Part shown: positions 1 through 8,327 of the stretch, piece after piece
Numbering within the stretch: the stretch's first letter is position 1
Layout of the letters: each line of letters opens with the position of its first letter
Source of the DNA: Chloroflexota bacterium
GTDB taxonomy: Bacteria > Chloroflexota > Dehalococcoidia > UBA2247 > JAXHVC01
Assembly: GCA_034189315.1 (NCBI GenBank)
Contig: JAXHVC010000003.1
Span: 1 to 57,133, forward strand
DNA: 57,133 bases
Direction of reading: 5' to 3'
Notes under the pieces: generated by a model
Seen by the model: the letters and a program-made list of their open reading frames with translations, nothing else
What the model was told of the DNA's origin: nothing
The model's database searches: none
Position numbers and translations under genes: made by a program

Positions 1-44
1 GGGTCTTGGGCTGCTAATACCCTGCTCGCACCGAGATCTACACA

Positions 45-314
45 ATGGTTGGCGCAGTACCCACTGTTACAGCAAGCGCTGCCAGCGAAGAAACAACTAC
101 ACAGGAAGGTTCTTACGTGTACGTTGGAACAGGCACAGGGCTCTATGGACAAATCATAACCCCTGGTGTATACGAGGAATTCAATGCACCGTCCCAGGGT
201 ATTCCACTAGCCATATTGATTCCTGTAACCATCGGCCTGATTATTATTGGAGGTGGAGCTGCTATATTTGTGTTTATACATCGAAACCGCTCCACATCCA
301 GAATTAGTAGCTAG
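45..314 (+). CDS. small C-terminally anchored protein, or severed tail of a surface-protein paralog lying upstream of the window
   Basis: ATG at 45, with an in-frame TAA at 15-17, so this frame cannot extend upstream. It ends in a hydrophobic helix (IPLAILIPVTIGLIIIGGGAAIFVF) plus a basic tail HRNR. The segment YVYVGTGTGLYGQ resembles VMYLGTGVGVYAQ near the C-terminus of the 1052..6340 protein. A strong terminator follows. Confidence 0.35.
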   Translation: MVGAVPTVTASAASEETTTQEGSYVYVGTGTGLYGQIITPGVYEEFNAPSQGIPLAILIPVTIGLIIIGGGAAIFVFIHRNRSTSRISS

Positions 315-338
315 ACTTATCTAGGCACCAAGAGAAGC

Positions 339-368
339 AAAACCGGCGCCACGTGGCGCCGGTTTTTT
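339..368 (+). terminator. rho-independent terminator
   Basis: Perfect GC-rich hairpin aaaaccggcgcc-acgt-ggcgccggtttt followed by a T run, 25 nt after the stop at 314. Confidence 0.75.
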
Positions 369-1051
369 CGTTGAGCCATCCACTCATATTATGCCATTAA
401 TCCTAGACGGCTGTTATTAAGCAGAAACCACTTTTATGTCAATTTAAACATTCGAATTAGTATCAGAGCTCACTTTATGCGTTCTTGTATTGAGCAGCAC
501 TAATAAACTCGATTCCATACCTAAATCTAAAGCCTCTCTCTCTTCCTGCAACATAAAGAAATCAGTTACGAAACTAGGAATTTCGGTTCCAATCTGAAAC
601 GTAATCCAGGTTCAAGATCCGTCTTAACACGGAATACCAATACTGTAATGACCAGATTCACGCTCCCAATATAACGAATAACATATTGACTTTGTCGACA
701 AAGGGGTAGTAAACTAGCAAATTCTAGATGATAATTTAAGTAAATTGAAGATAATGGTATTCATTATGCAAAACAGTCGTCATGACTCTGTTGTTTTATG
801 ATCTGGGCAGATGGCCGTATTTTGATAATCCCTTCATAGATGTTCTTAGTGACAGCAAATGAGTGAACTCTCACCCATTGCAATGGATCGTATAGGTAAA
901 CAATTGCCCATAAGAGCAGTGGGACGCAGTTGTATGGCAATCCAATGTCATACCAACATCTGTTTGAAGCACCTTGCATATGCAAGCTCCCATCCCCCTT
1001 AATCACTCCTCATCCAATCCATTTCTAAGTATCTTCCAAGGAGGAAAGGGT

Positions 1052-4000
1052 ATGCGAAACAGACTGCTCATTTCAATATCCCTCGTGCTGGTGGGAGTGC
1101 TAATCATTACCGGTAGCATATACTTCATAGAACCAGAAGAGGACGTTGCAGTAGTACCAGCAGCAGTGGATATGGGGAGTGTATCCCTCGAAGGTGTGGA
1201 AACAGAGGATTCAACGCTGGGATACCCTCAGGCCCAAGGGCTATACGGAGGTCTCGTCTACTGGACAGAGGTTATCCCTAACCCCGATGATCCCACTAAT
1301 AAGTCGAGGGTTTTCGTCTCGACACAAAGTGCAAACTCCATCTTCTATGCCGATATTGATCACTCAGGGGATACTCCATCTGTTGGTGATTTTCAAGTCC
1401 TCCCCGATCTCGATGCCGACGCTGGATTTGGACAGATTCCAATGTTCACCGCCGATAGTAACTCCGGATGGATCTACTTCTCATGGTATCCTGAAGGTGG
1501 CAGCCCAATGGAAATGAGTGAAGAAGATAACCGCGTACCCGGTCTTTACAAGTGCAATGTGGAAGAAGGGACATTAACATCCTTGGAAGAAGAGCAGGAA
1601 GATCAACATCATGGACCGGGAAGGCACATCACCTCCTCCTTGTTCGCCTATAACGGATATATGTTCTTTGTGGAAAGGGACGAACAGTGGCCAGAAGATG
1701 GATCAGAAATGAACTGGGAAGATGTCCCTGTCACCAATTACTTGACCCATGGCACACTGGATGCAACAACCGGTGATTTCACAGAGGTTGGCAAGGTTAA
1801 GATCAATTCAGATAGGGAATTCTGGCCTTCCTGGGAAAATGGCATAGTTCTTGGAGCCGACTACCTCTATGTACTTAATAGAGGTGGGCATCATGGCGGA
1901 TACGAACAAGAAGGCACTATACTCAAGTCCTCTACCACATATAATGCCCTAACCAGTACCACCACCTTTACCGATATCCCACTACCTCCAAATGACTACG
2001 AGGAAGGCTGGACCGACGCCTGGTGGGATTGCATGGGAGTGGGGCCAGATGGACGAATTATCCTCTTGGGCTGGGCTCAACTCCAAAACTATGGCGAACC
2101 ATGCGTTGCTTATACGGATAATGAAGGGCAAACATGGTACACACATGCAAGGAATATGGAGGAAGAATGGTGGGGCAATCCTGGACCCAACATGACTTTT
2201 TCCGGGACATCTGATGACTATATTACCTTCTGTGGGACCATGGCTAGCGAGGACAAAGGAACAACATGGGGACCATTACCACGCGGTGCCAATGACATAC
2301 CCCTATGGGGAGGCAATCCAGTGGAGACGGATCCTAATAATTCCCAGGTATTCTATCTTCCTACTCACGAGGGAATCGCAGTCAGTAGCGATGGCGGATA
2401 CACATTCAATAGACAAGGTGGGAACCTAACTATTGAGGACGCAGCGAATCCCTGGGATGTGTGGTTCGAGGATATGTCCGCAGCTGCAATCAACTCAACA
2501 ACGACCAGGGTAGTGGTTAACCAGAGATACTGGAAGGAGCAGGACAACTGGGATTGGATGAACCAAGGGCAAGCCTTCTACTATATGGATGTGGACCACT
2601 CGGGTGACTCTCCAAGCTACGGAACATTCACCCTCATAGAAGGATTAACTGACTTCGCCAGTTCTGAGAACTCTCAAGTAAACAACTTCATTCTAGATGG
2701 CTCATCGGGATACCTATTCTTTGAGGGCGAAAGACAATCATATGAAGGCGATTGGTGGGAACATGGCCTATTCAAATGCACCGTAGATTCAGAGACAGCC
2801 AGCGATGTTACTGAGGTCACACAGACATCTGTTGCAGACCATACCTTTAATCATGGGGGTACTTGGCAGGATGGTTACTATGACGGTGAAGAACCAACGT
2901 GGATTGCGGGGCACTGGGAAGGAGAGCCAGTCTGGGTCGATGGTTATGAAGATGAGAATGGCAACTGGGTCGAGGGTTACTGGAGTGGCGCCGAATGGGT
3001 AGAAGGGCAATGGTCTGGAGAGTGGCCACAATGGGTTGAGGGTCACTGGGACGGTGGTGTGACCGTAAACGAGGGAGATGAGTATGATGAGATTATACAT
3101 GCTCGGGCTCCGTTGATATATCAAGCCAATATGTTCTACATCGAATCCATGACAGACTGGGAAAGTGCAACATGGGTGGATGAGGAATGGGTAGACGGTA
3201 TCTATATACCAGGCTATTGGGCAGATGCCACCACCACTGCTTATATGCGTCAAGGGACAATAGACTCCAGTGGCGACTTCACCCCAAGCACAGCAGGCAG
3301 CGCGACAATAGCTAATCAGGAATTACAGCCCCGTTGCATAGTCCACAATCCCTATAACAACCTCATCTATATCCTGGACGAGGGGATGCATTGGATGGAG
3401 ACACCCACGGAACCAGGAATATACAGGTCTTCTAACACTTGGGACGCAATAACGGACGAGACCACCTTCACAAAGCTAGATCTTCCCGAGCCGGCTTCGG
3501 AAACAGACCGATATGAATGGCGTGTACTTCAATGTGCACCAGATGGCAGGCTTTTTATATCGGGAGAGAGTCAGGGACAAAACTGGGAACAGGTCATTGG
3601 GTACTCGGCAGATGAGGGAGAGAACTGGACTATATCCTCCATCGATTGGGACGTGGGCAATCCGGGTCGTAATTTCGGATTTCTGGGAGATGCTACAAGC
3701 TACGATGTGGTATGCGGCAATGTCTACAGTTCTGATAAGGGTCTCAACTGGAAGAGCCTCCCTCGCACAGACCTGGCAAAAGTTGTTCCCAATGCCGCAT
3801 GTGTTAAGATCGACCCTAATAACTCTTCTATGCTCTATATCCCAACCACCAAAGGTATTGGTTATAGCACTGACGCCGGTACGACCTTCACAGAAATGAA
3901 CGAAGGACTTACCGCAGTCCAGATCAGGGACTTGGTTCTTGATTCGGCCACTGGTTACGGATGGGCTGTTGCTAAATCTGGCATACGCTCAGTTCAAGAC

Positions 4001-6340
4001 TATGACACGGATGCTGTTTGGTCTAAACCAATAGATCCAGCGGGGGACGATTGGTCCTGGTATGACACCGTGGACATGGACCTTTCCGATCCCAATGGTC
4101 AAACCGCTTACGCAAGCTCTAGGCATAACGATAAGATCTTTAAAACCTCCGATGGCGGTCTTAATTGGAAATGCTTCCGTCGCCCAGAACCTGTATATGA
4201 ACCACCAGATCCTGAGGAAGGCGGAGGATGGCATGCTTGGCCACGTTGGGAAGGGCAAATTTCGGCTCTAAAGGTAGACCAAACTGGTTCTAGCCGATTG
4301 TTTATAGGTTACGATGCTCGGTGGTTCCCTCACGAACCTGGTGCCACAACATTTAATCTTCCATATGGCCAATTATGGGTGGTAAGCAGTGATGGTGATA
4401 CGTGGACACAAATCTTGTTGCGCAATAGCCAGGAAATTAACGATAGCTACATCGAGCTGCCCGACAATAACGGTGAGGTACGTGATAGATTAATAAAGGG
4501 CGATGTTAACATTGACGACATCGTTATCGTTGAAGAGGATGGGGCCACAGTTCTATATGTGGCAGCACATTACCAGAATGAGAGTGTTCCTCCCATCCCA
4601 GAGGGAGAAGACCGCTGGAACAGCAATGGGCAATACTCTCATGAAACGGGCCTACCCTTCATTTACAGGGTGTACCGAGTGGAAGAAACTGATACAGGCT
4701 GGACTGTCACAGAAGACTTGGTCAATAACAGCATACATATCGTCGACTTGGTGGCTGATTCCAATGGTATCCTCTATGGCATCGGCAAAACATTCGATGA
4801 ATCCATCTATAATACCTTCATCGAGGAATACCAGAACGACTTTAAGGAACGCATGAAGGAGTGGGCCAAGAAGGATCAAGAGCGCTACTTCTACGAAGAT
4901 GCATCCTACGAGTTCTATCATAATATATACAATAAGATACATGGTGAATTCCATGACGATTACGATCCCACGTACGATGCTTGGGCTGAAGAACCAGGTG
5001 CAGAACCGGCACAAGAAGGAGGTCCACCCCCAGGTGAAGGAGGACCTCCTCCTGATGATGACGAAAAGGAAGCATTCTTCAGACAAGCCCTAGAAGACTT
5101 TTATGATGAGTACTTCGCAGACTGGGAATGGGATTCCGAGGCTTATGACGAGTACTTTGAATCGTCTTTCAAGGACTACTTCGCCGAGACACTGAAACCG
5201 GAATTCGATTCGCACTTCGATGAGGATTTTGATACCCACTTTAACATGGATTGGGAACACATGATGCCTCAGCAGGGCTTGAGGATTGTATTTAAGAAAG
5301 CTATCGGTGGTGCTTGGACTGCCCTGACTATGAAGGGACTAAATAGGTCACAATCTTTCCATCACCATTATAGTGAGGCAACCGAGGTTATATCAGTAGG
5401 ACAAGACCCCTTCGATGCAGATGCAGAAGTTCCATATGTTGGATTCAATAAGTACCTCTACTACCTCCCTAGTAACGTTGATGGGGATACTGAAAGCGAA
5501 TCTGGTGATGATGTAGAAGAAGAATGGGTACTTGGCTACAAATACCCAGCAGGAACCATCATCAACGTCATTGCAGAAGTGATGGATAGCACAGCCAGCG
5601 GTGCCGGTATTGTGCTACCAGTCACAGAAGAAGAAGAGGCGGTGATGTATCTTGGTACTGGAGTGGGTGTATATGCTCAGCCCATGTCGGCAGCAAGCAC
5701 AGAAATAGATATACCAGAGGGTAGCACCAACGACTACGAAGTTCCCGAGCAAACACGATACATAGGGGGAGATGTTGGTGAAGCATCTGTTAGCATCATT
5801 GTAGATATCATCGATGCACCAGCCGATGCAAAGATAGAGATTAGCATACTGAGAGACTCCGAGGCCTCTAGAATAAGTGTAGGTGAATCCGATCTGTATG
5901 ATATTTTTGACGAGACAGCCACCGCTGATGATCTTACGATAAAGGATATCGGATACGTTGTGGAGATCGTCAAGACAAATCTTACCGATGCGAACATTGG
6001 AGACGCTACCATTATCTTCAAGGTTGGCAAAGCATGGGTAGATGAATATGGAACAAGCGCTATCAAGATCATTAGAGTAAGCGATGACGGTTCTGTGCAA
6101 GAGGTAGTGCCAACTGAATTCACAGATTATGAAGGTGATCAAGCAGTCTTTGAGGGCACTTGTGAAAACGGGCTCTCCCACTTCGGCTTGGCGGCAGTAG
6201 AGGTTGGCGAAACAGCCTCGATTGTTGAAGGCTCCCTACTGTGGATCATAGTAGGTGCTGTGGCATTATTCATCATCGGAACCGCTATCGCCTTCTTGGT
6301 GATGAAGCGAAGCAAAGACAATGTAGCCTTTGAGCCATAA
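1052..6340 (+). CDS. giant (1763 aa) cell-surface protein with Asp-box/BNR beta-propeller-like repeats, an internal duplication, a PGF-pre-PGF-like domain and a C-terminal TM anchor
   Basis: AAGGAGG at 1038-1044 precedes ATG 1052; the track start at 974 has no SD. There is an N-terminal signal-anchor (LLISISLVLVGVLIITGSIYF). Repeated SxDxGxTW-type motifs are present: TDNEGQTW, SEDKGTTW, SSDGGYTF, SADEGENW, SSDKGLNW, STDAGTTF, TSDGGLNW, SSDGDTW. Two homologous modules of about 480 aa can be aligned. The terminal helix LLWIIVGAVALFIIGTAIAFLVM is followed by KRSK. Confidence 0.9.
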   Translation: MRNRLLISISLVLVGVLIITGSIYFIEPEEDVAVVPAAVDMGSVSLEGVETEDSTLGYPQAQGLYGGLVYWTEVIPNPDDPTNKSRVFVSTQSANSIFYADIDHSGDTPSVGDFQVLPDLDADAGFGQIPMFTADSNSGWIYFSWYPEGGSPMEMSEEDNRVPGLYKCNVEEGTLTSLEEEQEDQHHGPGRHITSSLFAYNGYMFFVERDEQWPEDGSEMNWEDVPVTNYLTHGTLDATTGDFTEVGKVKINSDREFWPSWENGIVLGADYLYVLNRGGHHGGYEQEGTILKSSTTYNALTSTTTFTDIPLPPNDYEEGWTDAWWDCMGVGPDGRIILLGWAQLQNYGEPCVAYTDNEGQTWYTHARNMEEEWWGNPGPNMTFSGTSDDYITFCGTMASEDKGTTWGPLPRGANDIPLWGGNPVETDPNNSQVFYLPTHEGIAVSSDGGYTFNRQGGNLTIEDAANPWDVWFEDMSAAAINSTTTRVVVNQRYWKEQDNWDWMNQGQAFYYMDVDHSGDSPSYGTFTLIEGLTDFASSENSQVNNFILDGSSGYLFFEGERQSYEGDWWEHGLFKCTVDSETASDVTEVTQTSVADHTFNHGGTWQDGYYDGEEPTWIAGHWEGEPVWVDGYEDENGNWVEGYWSGAEWVEGQWSGEWPQWVEGHWDGGVTVNEGDEYDEIIHARAPLIYQANMFYIESMTDWESATWVDEEWVDGIYIPGYWADATTTAYMRQGTIDSSGDFTPSTAGSATIANQELQPRCIVHNPYNNLIYILDEGMHWMETPTEPGIYRSSNTWDAITDETTFTKLDLPEPASETDRYEWRVLQCAPDGRLFISGESQGQNWEQVIGYSADEGENWTISSIDWDVGNPGRNFGFLGDATSYDVVCGNVYSSDKGLNWKSLPRTDLAKVVPNAACVKIDPNNSSMLYIPTTKGIGYSTDAGTTFTEMNEGLTAVQIRDLVLDSATGYGWAVAKSGIRSVQDYDTDAVWSKPIDPAGDDWSWYDTVDMDLSDPNGQTAYASSRHNDKIFKTSDGGLNWKCFRRPEPVYEPPDPEEGGGWHAWPRWEGQISALKVDQTGSSRLFIGYDARWFPHEPGATTFNLPYGQLWVVSSDGDTWTQILLRNSQEINDSYIELPDNNGEVRDRLIKGDVNIDDIVIVEEDGATVLYVAAHYQNESVPPIPEGEDRWNSNGQYSHETGLPFIYRVYRVEETDTGWTVTEDLVNNSIHIVDLVADSNGILYGIGKTFDESIYNTFIEEYQNDFKERMKEWAKKDQERYFYEDASYEFYHNIYNKIHGEFHDDYDPTYDAWAEEPGAEPAQEGGPPPGEGGPPPDDDEKEAFFRQALEDFYDEYFADWEWDSEAYDEYFESSFKDYFAETLKPEFDSHFDEDFDTHFNMDWEHMMPQQGLRIVFKKAIGGAWTALTMKGLNRSQSFHHHYSEATEVISVGQDPFDADAEVPYVGFNKYLYYLPSNVDGDTESESGDDVEEEWVLGYKYPAGTIINVIAEVMDSTASGAGIVLPVTEEEEAVMYLGTGVGVYAQPMSAASTEIDIPEGSTNDYEVPEQTRYIGGDVGEASVSIIVDIIDAPADAKIEISILRDSEASRISVGESDLYDIFDETATADDLTIKDIGYVVEIVKTNLTDANIGDATIIFKVGKAWVDEYGTSAIKIIRVSDDGSVQEVVPTEFTDYEGDQAVFEGTCENGLSHFGLAAVEVGETASIVEGSLLWIIVGAVALFIIGTAIAFLVMKRSKDNVAFEP

Positions 6341-6362
6341 TCGCCACATAGTTATCGCAAAT

Positions 6363-6400
6363 GAGGGCCACCGCGTATATGTGGTGGCCCTCGTTGTTTT
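6363..6400 (+). terminator. rho-independent terminator
   Basis: Hairpin gagggccacc...ggtggccctc followed by gttgtttt, 23 nt after the stop at 6340. Confidence 0.7.
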
Positions 6401-6789
6401 AATGATCCTCTTCTTCAATCAAGATGATTGATAATATGTCGTTCGATACCAGCAATTCGCTGGCATGTACTAGACCATTTGGTCCCCCACATCGAACTAA
6501 AGCCTTATACTTGCTGGTCGTAATGCCAAGTACATTTCGATATAACCAACGTATAGAAGAGCACCGCCTTAGTAAGATCTCCCTACCCAGAAAGCAAGAT
6601 CTGTCCTAATCTCTACAGAATTATGACGAAGAGCATTGCCAAAACCACCCACTGTGTTAGACAATATTCTAATCAGGGAGCAATAGCGACTATAATACAA
6701 ACAGACTATAAGTCTGATCCGCAAGGAGATGACCACGCCACATATCAACTGTCTCGATAAAGTCGATATGTTACGAAGTACCTAGGACA

Positions 6790-7269
6790 ATGAATCAGAA
6801 TAAAAAGTTTGCGCAGATTCGTTATACAGATGCAAAAATCAGAGTGAAAACATCGTTCGATCATGGATTTCTACGAGAGATCAAAGCAAAGACAGCTACT
6901 AGGAAGTGGGACGAAAGAACTAAGGAATGGGCAATTGACTTATCCGAAAGGCAAACGGTGATAGGCATAGTCAAGAGGTTCTTTGGCACAGATGTCATTC
7001 AGGAAAAGAATAAACCACCTGAAGAGCGCAGGAAGAAACAGCGGCCTAGAACCAACGGTATTGCTGGTAGCGCCCAGACAGCACTCGACCCTGATTATAC
7101 TGTCCTGCACCTATTGCCGTCAGCCCCACCTAAGCTTGTCGATACAGCCTACCGTACACTAGCACAGTTGTATCACCCTGACGTTAACACATCTCCAGAT
7201 GCCAATGCCAAGATGAAGAACTTGAATCGAGCCTACGATTCCATAAAGAAGAGATTGCCAAACTCTTAA
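6790..7269 (+). CDS. J-domain (DnaJ-like) protein with an unassigned N-terminal domain
   Basis: The C-terminal 60 aa read DYTVLHLLPSAPPKLVDTAYRTLAQLYHPDVN...NLNRAYDSIKK, a J-domain helix II-HPD-helix III pattern. A basic linker (RRKKQRPR) precedes it. The N-terminal ~70 aa were not recognised. Confidence 0.7.
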   Translation: MNQNKKFAQIRYTDAKIRVKTSFDHGFLREIKAKTATRKWDERTKEWAIDLSERQTVIGIVKRFFGTDVIQEKNKPPEERRKKQRPRTNGIAGSAQTALDPDYTVLHLLPSAPPKLVDTAYRTLAQLYHPDVNTSPDANAKMKNLNRAYDSIKKRLPNS

Positions 7270-7290
7270 GGCAACAGCAATATAGTATCC

Positions 7291-7923
7291 CTAGCGGTTA
7301 TCAACCTTTTCACCAATCCTCTGATCAGCATCTTCCAGTGATACATATCCATACTGTTTAACCATATTGGCTAGGATTAGCTCCGAAGCATTTCGGTTAC
7401 TGGATTTAAGTTCAAGAAGGTGATCCCTATATAACCTAAGTGTCTTCTGAGAATATGTTGCTAGTTCACCTCTGAGATAGGTTTCAACTGATGCAACGAA
7501 AGGTCTCTCATCGCTCCGGCGAAGAGGTCTTCCTCGACTGATGATGTGGGGGTACTTCTGAGCAACCTCATATTCCCAACCAAGCATCATATCCACTATA
7601 CTCTCAATCAACGAAGGTACTGCTGGATCAAGCTTTGGGAGCATATGCCGGATCTTCCTATATTCTGATGGTGATGTCGATTCCATCATATGAGCATACT
7701 TCTCAGTTAACAGGTTCCGCCCCACCTTGATCGCTTCGCGCAAATCATCTAAATAGCTCTCCAATATCTCGTCAGACCAGCTCATGAATTGACTCGACCT
7801 CATGATCCGAAAGGTTTTGGGATCCTCTTGACAAAGTGCCTTCCCTCCCACATTAGGTACACTCTGAAACATTGTTAGCTCGCCTTCTACGATCTCACCT
7901 ACCAATTCCTCTTTGCTACTCAT
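7291..7923 (-). CDS. DUF4125-like protein of unknown function
   Basis: GGGAGGG SD lies 8 nt before the ATG at 7923 (MSSKEELV); the track start at 7980 lacks an SD. The motif string MFQSVPNVGGKALCQEDPKTF...SYLDDL...GRNLLTEKYAHMM...ETYLRGELATYS matches my recollection of the DUF4125 family. Confidence 0.65.
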   Translation of the reverse strand: MSSKEELVGEIVEGELTMFQSVPNVGGKALCQEDPKTFRIMRSSQFMSWSDEILESYLDDLREAIKVGRNLLTEKYAHMMESTSPSEYRKIRHMLPKLDPAVPSLIESIVDMMLGWEYEVAQKYPHIISRGRPLRRSDERPFVASVETYLRGELATYSQKTLRLYRDHLLELKSSNRNASELILANMVKQYGYVSLEDADQRIGEKVDNR

Positions 7924-8327
7924 CTCTCTATCCCTCCCAACCTGGATATTGTATATCCCTAATTCAAAATAATAGTTCACCCATAAGCTTCAAGTGATAA
8001 AAGAATCATTCATACCCTTTGCAAGAAATAACACACCATTGCTAAACAGGGGGGATGGATTGAAGTCATTTGGAGAACATTGTCTCTAAAGATCACATCC
8101 TCTGATTTATGGTACCATCGGAAACATGGCTGTGACAAAGAAATGGTGGAATTTACTCTTGATCCTATATACTTTATTACTAATAACACACGTACCCAAC
8201 AATATAGCTTATCAGATTTATCCTATATAATTGTTCCATTGGACTCACTAGTTGGCGAACTGATACCATATCAAAATATCTAACTTTTAGTGTTATTAAG
8301 AACCGTTTGATGCTGAGAGGTGTAATA

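Noticed and set aside
764-1006. 80-aa minus-strand ORF in the leader of the giant gene
   Set aside because: It has no SD, no recognisable family and an odd composition. It also overlaps the 5' extension of the 974 ORF. I treat the region as non-coding leader.
974-1051. Upstream extension of the giant ORF (track start at 974)
   Set aside because: The first 26 codons precede the signal-anchor and have no SD. ATG 1052 has a perfect AAGGAGG and begins with a typical n-region/h-region.
2789-6321. Antisense and off-frame ORFs inside the giant gene (for example 2789..3253, 4652..5086, 5615..6181, 5734..6123, 6139..6321)
   Set aside because: They lie entirely within a long ORF that has strong protein-like motifs. 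They are shadow ORFs.
6424-6609. 61-aa plus-strand ORF, and a minus-strand frame reading ...SSIRWLYRNVLGITTSKYKALVRCGGPNGLVHASELLVSND...
   Set aside because: The plus-strand ORF has no SD or homology. The minus frame looks vaguely protein-like but has no ATG, GTG or TTG start and I could not assign it. At most it is a gene remnant, which is not supportable as a feature.
8080-8283. 67-aa ORF between the DUF4125-like gene and usp
   Set aside because: It has a TTG start, no SD, a low-complexity AT-rich sequence and no family. This is more likely a promoter region.
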